A program made the translations under genes and the position numbers. The notes beneath the pieces were generated by a model. It saw nothing but the letters and a program-made list of their open reading frames with translations, had not been told where the DNA came from and made no database searches. From an uncultured Alphaproteobacteria bacterium (GTDB taxonomy: Bacteria; Pseudomonadota; Alphaproteobacteria; RF32; CAG-239), in the NCBI GenBank assembly GCA_944393205.1, contig CALXZI010000001.1:5725-69724 (forward strand): 64,000 nt of DNA, in the 5' to 3' direction. Position 1 is the first letter of the stretch, and the number at the start of each line of letters is the position of its first letter. This document shows, piece by piece, positions 21,040 to 29,585 of this stretch.

Positions 21040-21339
21040 ATGTTTTTTACGAAAAAGGATGATAGCTTTTTATTAAGAGTTAGGTTAACGCCTAACTCTT
21101 CTTGTTGTCGGACAAACGGCATTTTTTGCGATGAAAACAACGAGATGTACCTAAAGATAACTGTTCGCGCCGCACCGGAGAACGGCAAAGCCAATAAAGA
21201 GCTTATTGACTTTTTGGCCAAAACGCTTAACATATCCAAATCATGCATAACGCTTATCGGCGGTGCACAAAACCGGTTAAAAAAAATCCGTATTACTGAC
21301 ATTGAGGAAAACACGCTTTTAAAATTAACGAAAGAGTAA
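21040..21339 (+). CDS. yggU: YggU/DUF167-family protein
   Basis: LLRVRLTPNSS...LKITVRAAPENGKANKELIDFLAKTL matches the DUF167 signature. The start codon is uncertain. Confidence 0.55.
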   Translation: MFFTKKDDSFLLRVRLTPNSSCCRTNGIFCDENNEMYLKITVRAAPENGKANKELIDFLAKTLNISKSCITLIGGAQNRLKKIRITDIEENTLLKLTKE

Positions 21340-21341
21340 AT

Positions 21342-22196
21342 ATGAGTGCAAAAATTATTAACGGTAAAAAAATTGCCGAAGAGCTTCAAAACTTATTAAA
21401 AAAAGACGTTGCCGCACTTCCTTCCGCCATTGGTCTGGCCATTGTTCAAATCGGCGATGATGAAGCCAGCACCATATATGTTCGCAACAAGCTCAAAGCG
21501 GCTGCCGCTGTTGGCATAAATGCCGTTTTGCACAAATTTTCCGAAGACGTCTCTCAAACAAAAGTTTCTTCTTTAATAACCAAATTAAATGCTGACCCCG
21601 ATGTAAACGGCATTATCATTCAACTGCCGTTGCCTGCACATTTGGATGAAGAAACATTGCTTGAAAGCATCAAACCAGAAAAAGATGTTGACGGTTTTCA
21701 CCCCTTAAACATTGGACGTCTGCAAAACGGTTCTGATAAGGCTTTAATTGCAGCCACCCCAAAAGGCATTCTATACCTTCTGGAAAACTGCGGCATAGAT
21801 TTATGCGGCGGCAATGCTTTGATCATCGGTTGTTCAAAAATTGTCGGACGTCCTGCCGGCATGCTCTTGCTACAAAAAGGCTGTACGGTCACTTTGGCTC
21901 ACATTCACACTAAAAATTTGCCGGAACTCATTAAAAATGCGGATATCATCATTGCCGCTTGCGGCTGTCCGCAAACGGTCAAAGCCGAATGGGTCAAACA
22001 AGGCGCTGTTCTGATTGACGTCGGCATCAATCGTCTTAACGGCAAACTTTGCGGCGACATTGAACCCGCTGCTATCCAAAAGGCTTCGTTTATAACTCCT
22101 GTCCCCGGAGGTGTTGGCCCAATGACGGTGGCCATGCTTTTGCACAACACTTATGAGGCTTATTTAAAACAAAAGCAGGAAAAACCTACAAAATAA
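21342..22196 (+). CDS. folD: bifunctional methylenetetrahydrofolate dehydrogenase/cyclohydrolase
   Basis: 284 aa with conserved FolD features (IIGCSKIVGRPAG, PVPGGVGPMTVAML). Confidence 0.9.
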   Translation: MSAKIINGKKIAEELQNLLKKDVAALPSAIGLAIVQIGDDEASTIYVRNKLKAAAAVGINAVLHKFSEDVSQTKVSSLITKLNADPDVNGIIIQLPLPAHLDEETLLESIKPEKDVDGFHPLNIGRLQNGSDKALIAATPKGILYLLENCGIDLCGGNALIIGCSKIVGRPAGMLLLQKGCTVTLAHIHTKNLPELIKNADIIIAACGCPQTVKAEWVKQGAVLIDVGINRLNGKLCGDIEPAAIQKASFITPVPGGVGPMTVAMLLHNTYEAYLKQKQEKPTK

Positions 22197-22248
22197 TGCA
22201 TCAAATATTATATTTATCTCCGACGCAACACTCTGTTGGAGAAATACA

Positions 22249-22629
22249 ATGCCTGTTCTCGGTAAAATTTTTATCTTTGAAAATGTGCCCGAACATAACT
22301 CGGTAAAGGCTTTTTACAACGAGTTGGAAGCTTGGGGATTTTTAGTTTTCTGTACCGACAATCTGTATTGTTTTTTACAATATGCCGGTGAAATTAAACC
22401 GGATATTGTCATTTTGCATATACCGAATGACTTTCATCCCGACAAACAAACTTGGAAAATTGTTGAAGAAAGTTTATGCCGTAACAAATACCTGCAAATA
22501 TATGCCAACATACCATACAGATTTACGAACTATCCGAATTTTCATTACGTGAAATTCGGCACCGGTACCCTTAAAAAAGAGCAAATTTTAAGCATCATTA
22601 AAAAAAATCAAATAAAATATCTGCATTAA
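22249..22629 (+). CDS. degenerate receiver-like (pseudo-receiver) domain protein
   Basis: CheY-like layout, but the acidic pocket and phospho-acceptor positions are replaced (IFIFEN for ILIVDD; KPDIVILHIPND with His in place of Asp). Confidence 0.3.
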   Translation: MPVLGKIFIFENVPEHNSVKAFYNELEAWGFLVFCTDNLYCFLQYAGEIKPDIVILHIPNDFHPDKQTWKIVEESLCRNKYLQIYANIPYRFTNYPNFHYVKFGTGTLKKEQILSIIKKNQIKYLH

Positions 22630-22702
22630 ACAAATAAGATGTTGTCAAAATAAAATTTATACGCCATAAATTGATGGAGTTTAATTTTATCTGGGGAAAT
22701 CA

Positions 22703-23299
22703 ATGCACCGCATACACCGCCTTTTACATCAAATGTATGATTTGATGCTCAACCTTTCAGGCCACACCAATGCCATGTTCTTTTTGTTTTTGGTGGCTTT
22801 TGCTGAAAGTTCGTTTTTTCCGATTCCACCGGATGTTATGATTATTCCGATGGTCTTGGCCACACCAAATAAAGCTTGGCGGATTGCCGGTCTTGCAACT
22901 TTAGCAAGTGTTTTGGGCGGATATTTCGGCTATATCATCGGCGCTTTCTGTTTTGACTGGATTGCCAAGCCGATTTTAGAAATGTACAATGCTCTTGAGC
23001 AATTTCAAGAATTTGAAGACTACTACCACAAATTCGGCGCGTGGATTGTTTTTGCTGCCGGCTTAACCCCGTTTCCCTATAAAATCATCACTATTGCCAG
23101 CGGTGTTGTTCATTTGGATTTGTTTGTCTTTACCGTTGCCTCAATTTTGGCGCGCGGCATGCGGTTTTTCTTTGTAGCGTGGCTTCTGAAAAAATATGGC
23201 GAACCAATGAAAATTTTTATTGAAAAAAATTTAGGCTGGCTGTCCGTCTTGTTTTTAGTTCTTCTCATTGGTAGTTTTATGCTGATAAAATACATATAA
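22703..23299 (+). CDS. DedA/YqaA-family membrane protein
   Basis: 198 aa, multi-TM, with a YqaA-like C-terminal segment. Confidence 0.5.
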   Translation: MHRIHRLLHQMYDLMLNLSGHTNAMFFLFLVAFAESSFFPIPPDVMIIPMVLATPNKAWRIAGLATLASVLGGYFGYIIGAFCFDWIAKPILEMYNALEQFQEFEDYYHKFGAWIVFAAGLTPFPYKIITIASGVVHLDLFVFTVASILARGMRFFFVAWLLKKYGEPMKIFIEKNLGWLSVLFLVLLIGSFMLIKYI

Positions 23300-23327
23300 C
23301 ACAATTATATGTTGCTCTAAAAAAAAC

Positions 23328-23363
23328 CGCCTATAAATCGGCGGTTTTTTTATCACTTGCGAT
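23328..23363. terminator. bidirectional rho-independent terminator between the DedA-like and Cys-rich genes
   Basis: CCGCC-tataaat-cGGCGG hairpin flanked by an A7 run and a T8 run. Confidence 0.6.
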
Positions 23364-23367
23364 ATAA

Positions 23368-24207
23368 TTAATTTGCTGACTGACAATAAATATAACTGCT
23401 GTCAAACGGGCATTTCAAACCGGTGTTTTTCCCTTGGCAGTTTCCGGCTTTAACATAACCCAGCTGCTCACAATCGGTTATAATCGCTTTTGTGACATCA
23501 CACCAATACGCCGCCAGATTTACATCGTCTTTCTCGCTACAGGTTTCCGCGCCGCAATGATAACAGTTATCAACACCATTATACACTTCTTCCAGTAAAG
23601 TCGTACAACCATCTGTACGGGATGAACATTCAACCGTTGTCCAATTATCATCGCAAATACAAAACGGATACCACTTTTCACCGTCTGAATCTTCACAATA
23701 CTCTACACCGCTGGGTTCTTTCAAGCCGGTTTCCTTACAGTCATAAGGATAAACCGTTTTAGAGCAGCTGCATTTTTCATACCAAATAACACCATCGGCC
23801 GGACTACGGCAAGATCCGCCACTACCGGTAGCGCCCACATAATCAGCGCAACCTTCGTAAGGAAAACGAGAGGTATTGCATATAGTTTCCGAACCGGCGC
23901 ATCCGCATTCCGGATCCAAGACACCGTTGCAAACATACTTACCGCCTTCCATATTAAGAACCCGATCACTGGCGCAAGTACAGCGATAATATGTCTTGCC
24001 TTTATAAGTACATGTTTGTTCTTGATATCCTTCCTCACAAGGCGTCGTTCGGGTGTAACCTTCGCAACCGACCATCCAGCTGGAATTATCCAAACATCCG
24101 TCGCCATTTAAAATTCCGGGTAAAAAACAAACTTTGGCCTCCGCGCCAGATACTGATACAATCAGTGTTAAAACAAAAAACATCAGGATTTTTACCGGTG
24201 TTCGCAT
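23368..24207 (-). CDS. secreted cysteine-rich protein (~34 Cys in 279 aa)
   Basis: Signal peptide MRTPVKILMFFVLTLIVSVSGAEA. Dense CxC/CxxC spacing throughout, no recognisable family. Confidence 0.55.
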   Translation of the reverse strand: MRTPVKILMFFVLTLIVSVSGAEAKVCFLPGILNGDGCLDNSSWMVGCEGYTRTTPCEEGYQEQTCTYKGKTYYRCTCASDRVLNMEGGKYVCNGVLDPECGCAGSETICNTSRFPYEGCADYVGATGSGGSCRSPADGVIWYEKCSCSKTVYPYDCKETGLKEPSGVEYCEDSDGEKWYPFCICDDNWTTVECSSRTDGCTTLLEEVYNGVDNCYHCGAETCSEKDDVNLAAYWCDVTKAIITDCEQLGYVKAGNCQGKNTGLKCPFDSSYIYCQSAN

Positions 24208-24312
24208 AACTTAAGTCCTTAAACCTCAAAAATTTTACCTAAATAAAGCGTATAACATAAAAACAAGAGCGTCAAGATTTTTCATTGATATTCAAAGCTC
24301 TCATTAATCATG

Positions 24313-24840
24313 TTATCCGTATTTTTCTTTCAGTTGATAAATATAATCAATCACATCTTCTCTGTCCCATTTTGCACTACCTCGGATACGGCCGATTTCT
24401 TGACCGCTTTCATTAATCAAAACAGTGTGCGGACTGCTGAATATGCCAAAATCAGAGGCGACAATGCCACGTTCATCCACATAAAAATCAACATCCGTTG
24501 CACCATAACGTTTTAAAAAGCGTTTTTGTTCGGCAACAGATGACCATTCTTCGTTTGGTGATATCAACAATAATTTAACGCCATAATCTTTGGTCGCATT
24601 ATGAAAGCCGTTCAAGCTTTTAAGTTCGCCGATACACGGACCGCAATCACGCGACCAAAAAACCGCCAGCACAAAATCGCCTTTAAAATCCGATAAGCTG
24701 TAGCGCTGACCGCTTTCATGAATGATTGTATGTCTCGGCACTTCACGCGGTTCGGCATATATATTAACACCTTCTTCGGCAAAAACCGGAAACACAAACA
24801 AAAACACCGAAAAGATTGTTTGAATAATAAGTTTCAACAT
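24313..24840 (-). CDS. periplasmic thioredoxin-like thiol:disulfide oxidoreductase (TlpA/ResA-like)
   Basis: Signal peptide plus WSRDCGPCIGE (CxxC in thioredoxin-fold context), 175 aa. Confidence 0.7.
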   Translation of the reverse strand: MLKLIIQTIFSVFLFVFPVFAEEGVNIYAEPREVPRHTIIHESGQRYSLSDFKGDFVLAVFWSRDCGPCIGELKSLNGFHNATKDYGVKLLLISPNEEWSSVAEQKRFLKRYGATDVDFYVDERGIVASDFGIFSSPHTVLINESGQEIGRIRGSAKWDREDVIDYIYQLKEKYG

Positions 24841-24930
24841 AGCCTGTTAAAATCCTCAATTTTACTTTGTAATTTTCAATCATATTAAATATAATTATTA
24901 TCAATCTTAATACAATAAAAAGGTTAAAAA

Positions 24931-25065
24931 ATGAAATACATTTTCAAATTTTTTATTATCGCCGTCATTGTATTGACCATATGCGGGTTAGCAGCCTGCG
25001 GCAAAGTTTCTGACCCTGTGCCGCTTGAAGACAGCGGCTATCCGCACAGCTACCCGCGGCGTTAA
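24931..25065 (+). CDS. small lipoprotein (44 aa) immediately upstream of the vWA gene
   Basis: Hand-called ORF below the track threshold: MKYIFKFFIIAVIVLTICGLAACGKVSDPVPLEDSGYPHSYPRR. Lipobox LAAC, AAAGG RBS 8 nt upstream, stop 20 nt before the vWA start. Confidence 0.5.
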   Translation: MKYIFKFFIIAVIVLTICGLAACGKVSDPVPLEDSGYPHSYPRR

Positions 25066-25084
25066 AAATCAAAGGATGGTAAAA

Positions 25085-25771
25085 ATGGATGAACAGAAAA
25101 AAATTACCGATGAAACAATTCCTTATGTAGAATTTGCCGACAATGCAAACGAACGCACACCCTGTGTGTTGGTATTGGATTGTTCCGGTTCCATGCGCGG
25201 CGAACCGATAAAACAACTCAATGCCGGCTTAAGTGCTTTGGAAAAAGAATTAAAAGAAGATATTGATGCCAGCTCGCGCGTTCAACTCTTAATCATCAAA
25301 GCCTGTGGCAAAGATGAAGCCGTCATCAGTTCGGATTGGGTAGACGCCATGAACTTTACCGCACCGGTCATGGAAGCCGGTGGTTTGACACCTCTTGGTA
25401 AAGCCATGGAATTAGCTCTGCAAAAAATTGAAGAACAAAAATGTCTGTATGACAGCTGCGGTGTTACCTCCAAACGTCCGTGGATATTTTTAATCAGCGA
25501 TGGCGAACCGACGGATTACGGCTGGGAGCAAGCCGCCGAAAAATGCCGTTACGCCCAACAGAACAAAAAAGTAATTATTCATGCCGTCGGCACGCAAGGA
25601 GCCAATCTGGATAAATTAGCCAAATTTTCATTAATGTCGCCCAAACGCCTGACCGGCCTAAAATTTACCGAATTTTTCTTATGGTTAAGCCGTAGCGTTT
25701 CCTGCATTTCCAAAGCAGCACCCAACGCCGACGATTTACTTGAGGATATTGAAGACTGGAATGATGAATAA
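25085..25771 (+). CDS. von Willebrand factor A (TerY-like) protein
   Basis: MIDAS motif LDCSGSM, typical vWA length. Start at MDEQKK with an AAAGGATGG RBS. Confidence 0.75.
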   Translation: MDEQKKITDETIPYVEFADNANERTPCVLVLDCSGSMRGEPIKQLNAGLSALEKELKEDIDASSRVQLLIIKACGKDEAVISSDWVDAMNFTAPVMEAGGLTPLGKAMELALQKIEEQKCLYDSCGVTSKRPWIFLISDGEPTDYGWEQAAEKCRYAQQNKKVIIHAVGTQGANLDKLAKFSLMSPKRLTGLKFTEFFLWLSRSVSCISKAAPNADDLLEDIEDWNDE

Positions 25772-26510
25772 AAAACAAAATATGCACATTGTCGCCACCA
25801 GCGTGACCGGCCCGTACCATCGTGCCAAAAATTTGCCTTGTCAAGATTTTTATGCACATGCTTGCCGCGGTGATCGGTTGGTTGCTGTCGTGTCTGATGG
25901 AGCCGGTTCAGCCCGATACGGCAAAATTGGCGCCAAAACCGTATGCGATACCTTGTGCGATATTTTAATTTCAGGTTCCTTGCACAATGTGCGGCAAAAA
26001 GTAATTGATGCTTTGGAAGCGGCGCGGCAAAAACTGATATATCATCGTTTCAATAAATCTAAAAGTGAAAACGGGTTAATAGATTTTGCCGCCACGGTTG
26101 TCGGCACCGTATACACCAAAAAGGGCGGTTTGTTTTTTCATATCGGTGATGGCGCGGCCATTGCTTTAAATGATTCGCATCCGCATATTATTGTCTCTCG
26201 TCCCGAAAATGGTTTATTCTCATGCGAAACATATTTTTTTACCATGGACGATTGGAAAGACAGTTTGCGCTTTACTCCGTTTGATAAAGCAAATAGTCTG
26301 ATGCTAATGACTGACGGCGTTACCAGCTTTGCCTTTACCAAGGGATTTGACAATATTGAAAATGGTTTTGTTGAACCCATTAACCGTTTTTTGCATAGTG
26401 AAAGCAACCGCCGCAAAGCCGTTCGCGCGTTGAATAACACGCTTGATGCGCCACGTGCCTGTCATTTGAACCCTGATGACAAAACACTTTTATGGGTTGG
26501 CTTAAGATGA
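25761..26510 (+). CDS. PP2C-family Ser/Thr phosphatase
   Basis: PP2C-like motifs VVSDGAGSARYG, HIGDGAAIAL and LMTDGV. The start overlaps the vWA stop by 11 nt. Confidence 0.7.
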   Translation: MMNKKQNMHIVATSVTGPYHRAKNLPCQDFYAHACRGDRLVAVVSDGAGSARYGKIGAKTVCDTLCDILISGSLHNVRQKVIDALEAARQKLIYHRFNKSKSENGLIDFAATVVGTVYTKKGGLFFHIGDGAAIALNDSHPHIIVSRPENGLFSCETYFFTMDDWKDSLRFTPFDKANSLMLMTDGVTSFAFTKGFDNIENGFVEPINRFLHSESNRRKAVRALNNTLDAPRACHLNPDDKTLLWVGLR

Positions 26511-27967
26511 ACACACAAAATGCTATGACCGAACAAAATTTTTTATATTATAACGCCATATACGGTGACGGTCATTTTGAACGCGAAAAGCTGGGAGAAC
26601 TTTTAAACAAAGGCGGAGCCGCCGGTAAAATCTATCGCGACGTCAACCATCCGAAATTTGTTGCAAAAATTTTTCACGACCGCACCAAGAGCCATACCAA
26701 CCGCCAAAAATTAGAAGCAATGCTACACAATCGTCCCAACATTCCCCCGATTGAATACGATGGGAAAATGTATGTTCAGATTGCATGGCCGGAAGCCGTA
26801 TTGGAAGACGACGATGGTTTTTGTGTCGGTTATCTGATGCCGTTGATTAATATGGATGAAGCTGTTTCTTTAGACCATCTGATGCAAAAAGCTGTGCGCA
26901 AAAAACTCGGCCTTTCCGAAAGTTACAGCAATCGTTTATATGCGGCATACAATGTGGCTTCAATGGTGGCGGCATTGCACAAATGCGGGCATTACATTGT
27001 AGATTTAAAACCGGCAAACGTATCAGTTTACAAAGAAAATATGTTGGTGGCAATGTTTGATTGTGACGGCTTTTCCATCAAAGGTGAAAAAGGCCGTTAT
27101 CCGGCAGAATTTGTAAGCGAGGAATATATTTATCCCGAAGGTATGCGGCAAAATTGCGAAGATATGGGCGAAGAACAAGATAAATTTGCCTTGGCGGTAA
27201 TTATTTTCAAATTACTAAACAACGGCATCCACCCTTTTTCCGGCACACCGCGCAAAAACACCGAGATGCTTACCATTCAAACCCGCATAGAACAATATCA
27301 CTATGCCTATGGCCTGTGGCCAGATTCCTATCAGGCGCCCAACCCATACAGCATCCATCATTTCTTTGATAAAAAAACACTGGAACTGTTTGATCGGGCT
27401 TTTTTAAAAGGCCAAAAACGACCGGCAGCTAAAGAATGGCAAGCTCATCTGGAGTACCTTTTTCGCAATTTAAAAACCTGCAAACAAAATCCCGACCACA
27501 TTTACTTCACATCCAAAGGCTGTGGTTTATGTGCCATAGAAGAAAAATTTAAACAAAACATGGCCGCCGTCAAAGAAGAAAAAGCCATGCCGGTTAAAAT
27601 CCGTGGACTTGAAATCTCCGAACTTTCTACCGAAAAAAATGAACAGTTAAAACTGGAAAGACGTTTAAAATTCGTCAAACTTAATAAAGTTACATTAGCC
27701 GGCATAGTTTTTTATTTGTTTTTTTTCGGAAGCTTATCCTTTATTTTAAAACCGTTTCATAAACTTTTATCTTCCGGCGGATACGCTATACAACTGATTG
27801 TATGCGCCCTTGTCATCAAAGCTTTATATACGGCAGGAACATATTTGCAAAACAAATTACCCCTTTTGCAAAATCAAGCTTTGTTTAATATGCTCAAAAT
27901 TTATGCTTTAATTAATATCATCGTTGCTTTTATTATCTTAAATAATTTAACACTTTCCTCTTATTAA
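26507..27967 (+). CDS. Hanks-type Ser/Thr protein kinase with a C-terminal 3-TM anchor
   Basis: Gly loop GGAAGKIY, catalytic loop HYIVDLKPANV, DFG-like FDCDGF. Three C-terminal hydrophobic helices. ATGA start/stop overlap with the PP2C gene. Confidence 0.75.
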   Translation: MNTQNAMTEQNFLYYNAIYGDGHFEREKLGELLNKGGAAGKIYRDVNHPKFVAKIFHDRTKSHTNRQKLEAMLHNRPNIPPIEYDGKMYVQIAWPEAVLEDDDGFCVGYLMPLINMDEAVSLDHLMQKAVRKKLGLSESYSNRLYAAYNVASMVAALHKCGHYIVDLKPANVSVYKENMLVAMFDCDGFSIKGEKGRYPAEFVSEEYIYPEGMRQNCEDMGEEQDKFALAVIIFKLLNNGIHPFSGTPRKNTEMLTIQTRIEQYHYAYGLWPDSYQAPNPYSIHHFFDKKTLELFDRAFLKGQKRPAAKEWQAHLEYLFRNLKTCKQNPDHIYFTSKGCGLCAIEEKFKQNMAAVKEEKAMPVKIRGLEISELSTEKNEQLKLERRLKFVKLNKVTLAGIVFYLFFFGSLSFILKPFHKLLSSGGYAIQLIVCALVIKALYTAGTYLQNKLPLLQNQALFNMLKIYALINIIVAFIILNNLTLSSY

Positions 27968-28125
27968 AATTGACCAACAAATTTTTTAACATTTTTTTAC
28001 TCTAAAAAGCGCACAAACACGCTTTAGTATCCTCAAAGAAACTATCTGTCTTACAAGTGCCTACTTTTCTTTTTATAAAAAAGAGCATAAATAGATTTAA
28101 GTAAAATTTTTTTAAGGAAAAAGCA

Positions 28126-29514
28126 TTGAAAAACCTAAATCCAATTCTTTTATCAGGTAAAGAAGTTCTGCCTCTGATTGAAGGCGGCAAAGGCATCAAC
28201 GGCAGTAACGGTTACAGCTCGGGCGCTTGGGCTAAAGAAAACTGCGTCGGAACTTTTTCGGCTGTCAGTCCCGATGTTGTTGACAACAAAGGCAACGTGA
28301 TTATTGAAACATTTAAGAAAAAAATCCGTGCTGAACGCCACGAAGAAATGGTGCAATACGCCATTCAAGGTGGTATAGATCAGGCAAAAATTGCCCATGA
28401 AGTTTCTGGTGGAAATGGACGTATCCACATGAACATGCTTTGGGAAATGGCCGATTCCGAACGTATAATCGCTGCAATTTTGGAAAGAAGCAAAGGGCTC
28501 ATTCATGGTGTAACTTGCGGTGCCGGTCTGCCTTATCATTTAGGCGAACTTGCTTCAAAATTCAAAGTTTATTATTACCCGATTGTTTCTTCGGCTCGCG
28601 CGTTTCAGGTTTTATGGAAACGGGCTTATTCTAAATGTTCGGAATATTTAGGCGGTGTGGTTTATGAAGATCCATGGTTGGCCGGTGGTCATAACGGTCT
28701 ATCCAATGCCGAAAATCCTATGCTCCCGCAAGCGCCCTACAACCGTTTGGTTGAGTTACGCAAACTTTTGCGCGAGCTGGGACTTGAAAAAACACCAATC
28801 ATTATTGCCGGAGGTGTCTGGAAATTAAGCGACTGGCAAGATTATATTGATAATCCCGAATTAGGCGACGTTGCATTCCAGTTCGGCACCCGTCCGATGA
28901 TAACCAAAGAAAGCCCGATAAGCGATGCATGGAAAAATGTAATGATGCATGTCAAAAAAGGCGATGTAATTTTACAAAAATTCAGCCCAACCGGCTTTTT
29001 CTCATCAGCCATAAAAAACACCTTTTTAGAAAAACTGATTGAACGTAAAAAAGGTGAAATCTCTTTCAAAAACGAACCGGATGCCGAATATTCACACGCA
29101 TTACAAATGAACGCACACCGTATGGTTTATATCAAGCCGGAAGATGCTGATAAAGCGCAAAATCAAATTAACGCCGGTTTAAGCGTCATTCAAGAAACCC
29201 CTGATCAAACAGTTGTATTTATGAGCGAAGAAGACTGGAAAAAGATGAAACAAGACCGCGCTGAATGTGTCGGTTGCTTATCACAATGTCAGTTTTCAAC
29301 ATGGTCACGCGCAAACGGCACCACCGGCAAACTGCCGGATCCGCGTACCTATTGTATTCATAAGACCCTTTATGAAGTCGGCCATGGCGGCAGCGTTAAA
29401 GACCACTTGTTGTTTGCCGGTCATCAGGTTTATCGTTTTGCCACTGACCCATTGTACCGCAACGGTATTCCGACGGTAAAAGAATTGATTGAAAAAATCA
29501 AAGTCGGTGAATAA
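28126..29514 (+). CDS. nitronate monooxygenase/FabK-like FMN-dependent oxidoreductase with a C-terminal extension
   Basis: TIM-barrel NMO-like motifs (GVTCGAGLPYHLGE, IIAGGVWKLSDW). TTG start with an AAGGAAAAAG RBS. Extra ~100 aa C-terminal with CVGCLSQC. Confidence 0.4.
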   Translation: MKNLNPILLSGKEVLPLIEGGKGINGSNGYSSGAWAKENCVGTFSAVSPDVVDNKGNVIIETFKKKIRAERHEEMVQYAIQGGIDQAKIAHEVSGGNGRIHMNMLWEMADSERIIAAILERSKGLIHGVTCGAGLPYHLGELASKFKVYYYPIVSSARAFQVLWKRAYSKCSEYLGGVVYEDPWLAGGHNGLSNAENPMLPQAPYNRLVELRKLLRELGLEKTPIIIAGGVWKLSDWQDYIDNPELGDVAFQFGTRPMITKESPISDAWKNVMMHVKKGDVILQKFSPTGFFSSAIKNTFLEKLIERKKGEISFKNEPDAEYSHALQMNAHRMVYIKPEDADKAQNQINAGLSVIQETPDQTVVFMSEEDWKKMKQDRAECVGCLSQCQFSTWSRANGTTGKLPDPRTYCIHKTLYEVGHGGSVKDHLLFAGHQVYRFATDPLYRNGIPTVKELIEKIKVGE

Positions 29515-29525
29515 ATAAACCAAAA

Positions 29526-29560
29526 CTAAAGCCCCCGCCCTTAACAGAGCGGGGGCTTTC
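29526..29560. terminator. hairpin between the convergent NMO-like gene and trpS
   Basis: GCCCCCGC-cttaacaga-GCGGGGGC stem; the flanking A/T runs are short. Confidence 0.45.
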
Positions 29561-29585
29561 ATTGCCAACACTTTCAAAATAGAAA

